In this document: positions 62,183-64,000 of the stretch, piece after piece
Position numbering within the stretch: the first letter of the stretch is position 1
Layout: every line of letters begins with the position of its first letter
Assembly: GCA_047634755.1 (NCBI GenBank)
Contig: JBLIIL010000004.1
Location: 1,894-65,893 of the forward strand
From: Methylophilaceae bacterium
GTDB taxonomy: Bacteria; Pseudomonadota; Gammaproteobacteria; Burkholderiales; Methylophilaceae
Length of the DNA: 64,000 nucleotides
Direction: 5' to 3'
Notes under the pieces: generated by a model
What the model was told of the DNA's origin: nothing
Seen by the model: the letters and a program-made list of their open reading frames with translations, nothing else
Database searches by the model: none
Position numbers and translations under genes: made by a program

Positions 62183-64000
62183 ATGCAGTTAATACCACCA
62201 GATATCGGTAAATCCACACGTTTTCCTTATGCAGCCAATGGCTTAGATAGCTTGTCACTGGCATCGCTGGCTTGTCGTTTAAAAACAACAAAAGAACCTT
62301 TGGTTATCATTACTTCAAATGCATTTGAAGCGCAGCGATTAATGGAAGAAATGCCATTCTTTGCACCGGACTTAAGTTTGCATTTGTTGCCAGACTGGGA
62401 AACCCTTCCTTACGATGTATTTTCACCGCACCCAGATTTAATCTCCGAGCGGTTGGCGACGTTGTATCAGATTAGTCAGAATAATTTTGATGTGGTTATT
62501 GTTTCTATTGCAACGGCATTACTACAAATGCCGCCAGCAGCCTATTTGGCAGGGCATACTTTTATGCTGACAAAAGGCCAAAAACTAGACCTAGAAGCCC
62601 TTAGAAATCAATGTGCTCAAGCTGGTTATCATCATGTGTCACAAGTCATTAGTCCTGGTGAATTTAGTGTGCGTGGTGGCTTGGTGGATTTATTCCCAAT
62701 GGGTGGCGTCTTGCCTTATCGGATTGATTTGTTCGATGATGAAATTGAGAGCATACGAACATTTGATGTGGATACGCAGCGTAGTTTATATCCCGTCCCA
62801 GAGATTCGGTTGTTACCAGCGCGTGAGTTTCCTTTAGATAAAGCAGGTATTGACCTGTTTAGAAGTCAGTTCCGCGAGCAGTTTGTTGGTGATCCACAAC
62901 GCGCTAAAATTTACAAGGATGTGAGCAAAGGCATCGCTACGGGTGGTATTGAATGGTATCAGCCGTTGTTCTTTGAAGAAACGGCAACTATTTTTGACTA
63001 CCTACCGAAGCAGTCTGTGCTTTGTAACCATGGCGATTTAGATAAAGCCACACAAACGTTTTGGTATGAAGCGAATACACGCTATAAATTGCTAGCCTAT
63101 GATGCAGAACGACCAGTATTGCCGCCAGAGCATTTGTTGACGAAGGCAGAAGACTTTTTTATCAACACTAAGCAGTTTTCAGTGATTAATGCACTGTTGG
63201 ATAAAAAGCCTGCGGCCAAAAGAAAGTTTCCAGCCCTAGAGGTTGATCGCCGTGCCGATGAGCCACTCTTTAAGCTAAAAGCCTATATTAAAAAAGCCAA
63301 AAACCGGATATTAATCGCCGCTGAAAGTTTAGGTCGCCGTGAAACCATGTCTCAGTTATTTGCTGAGCAATCACTTGATTTTCCACAGTGTAAAACATGG
63401 GCTCAATTTGAAGCCAGTGACGCGCCTGTGATGATTGGTGTTTCCACCTTGCATGGTGGTTTTATTGATAATGTGGCCGTTATTACTGAAGCAGAACTTT
63501 ATGCTACAACAGTGCGACAGCAAAGAAGGCGCGTTAAAGAGAAAGCACGCAATACCGAAGGCATGCTTAGGGATTTGTCTGAGCTACGCATGAACGACCC
63601 TGTGGTGCATGAGCAGCATGGCGTCGGGCGTTACAGAGGCTTGCAAAATATCGACTTTGGCGAGGGTGAAACAGAGTTTCTACTATTGGAGTACCAAGGT
63701 GACGATAAGCTCTATATTCCAGTTTCACAGTTATTCTTGATTTCACGTTACTCTGGTGGGCCTCCAGAAAGCGCGCCACTGCATAGTTTAGGTAGTGGCA
63801 AGTGGGATAAAGCCAAGAAGAGGGCGCTTAAGCAAATTCGCGACACGGCTGCTGAGTTACTTAACTTATATGCACAGCGGGCTTCACGTAAAGGCCATGT
63901 CTTTACGCTGAGCTTAAAAGACTACGATGCGTTTTGTGAAGGTTTTCCATTTGAAGAAACTCCTGATCAACTTTCTGCTATTGAAGCAGTGATTGGTGAT
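62183..64000 (+). CDS. mfd: transcription-repair coupling factor, 5' part (runs off the right edge)
   Basis: The frame is open from the ATG at 62183 to the window end (606 codons). It is absent from the ORF track, probably because it has no stop in the window. It reads MQLIPPDIGKS..LLPDWETLPYDVFSPHPDLISERL..VRGGLVDLFPMGG..FEETPDQLSAIEAVIGD. Confidence 0.92.
   Translation, partial: MQLIPPDIGKSTRFPYAANGLDSLSLASLACRLKTTKEPLVIITSNAFEAQRLMEEMPFFAPDLSLHLLPDWETLPYDVFSPHPDLISERLATLYQISQNNFDVVIVSIATALLQMPPAAYLAGHTFMLTKGQKLDLEALRNQCAQAGYHHVSQVISPGEFSVRGGLVDLFPMGGVLPYRIDLFDDEIESIRTFDVDTQRSLYPVPEIRLLPAREFPLDKAGIDLFRSQFREQFVGDPQRAKIYKDVSKGIATGGIEWYQPLFFEETATIFDYLPKQSVLCNHGDLDKATQTFWYEANTRYKLLAYDAERPVLPPEHLLTKAEDFFINTKQFSVINALLDKKPAAKRKFPALEVDRRADEPLFKLKAYIKKAKNRILIAAESLGRRETMSQLFAEQSLDFPQCKTWAQFEASDAPVMIGVSTLHGGFIDNVAVITEAELYATTVRQQRRRVKEKARNTEGMLRDLSELRMNDPVVHEQHGVGRYRGLQNIDFGEGETEFLLLEYQGDDKLYIPVSQLFLISRYSGGPPESAPLHSLGSGKWDKAKKRALKQIRDTAAELLNLYAQRASRKGHVFTLSLKDYDAFCEGFPFEETPDQLSAIEAVIGD

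Overview
This is a chromosomal window from an AT-rich Gram-negative proteobacterium. The gene orders tyrA-aroA-cmk-rpsA-ihfB-lapB-pyrF and ftsK-lolA-rarA-serS are typical of beta/gamma-proteobacteria. A Methylophilaceae-like methylotroph is a guess I cannot verify. Most of the window is densely packed, intact housekeeping genes: decarboxylase, dcd, zwf, pgl, apbC, metG, pyrF, lapB, ihfB, rpsA, cmk, aroA, tyrA, bpt, aat, ygiQ, blc, rhlE, rsuA, lrgAB, hslO, gluQ, amt, ispDF, trxB, ftsK, lolA, rarA, serS, mltF, rpiA and the mfd 5' part. The one clearly accessory stretch is a gene-decay island of about 6.8 kb (about 29.6-36.4 kb) between rhlE and rsuA. It holds a single intact PocR-PAS-GAF-GGDEF cyclase, two degraded GGDEF genes, a degraded REP-associated (IS200-like Y1) transposase with flanking inverted repeats, a broken 2-TM gene, a truncated secreted-protein fragment and a tiny SD-preceded hydrophobic ORF. 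A third decayed GGDEF gene and a decayed TetR gene lie elsewhere in the window. I saw no rRNA, tRNA, CRISPR array, integrase, prophage or recognisable defence or toxin-antitoxin module, and I did not find a convincing novel multi-gene system. The best leads are small-scale. They are the decay island and its RAYT/REP remnants; homopolymer (A6) frame breaks in a ComEA-like gene and in the 2-TM gene; exact short tandem duplications at two gene 5' ends; an Smr protein with a duplicated N-terminal module; and a ribosomal protein S1 that lacks the sixth S1 domain. All family assignments come from motif recognition by eye, and no database search was run.
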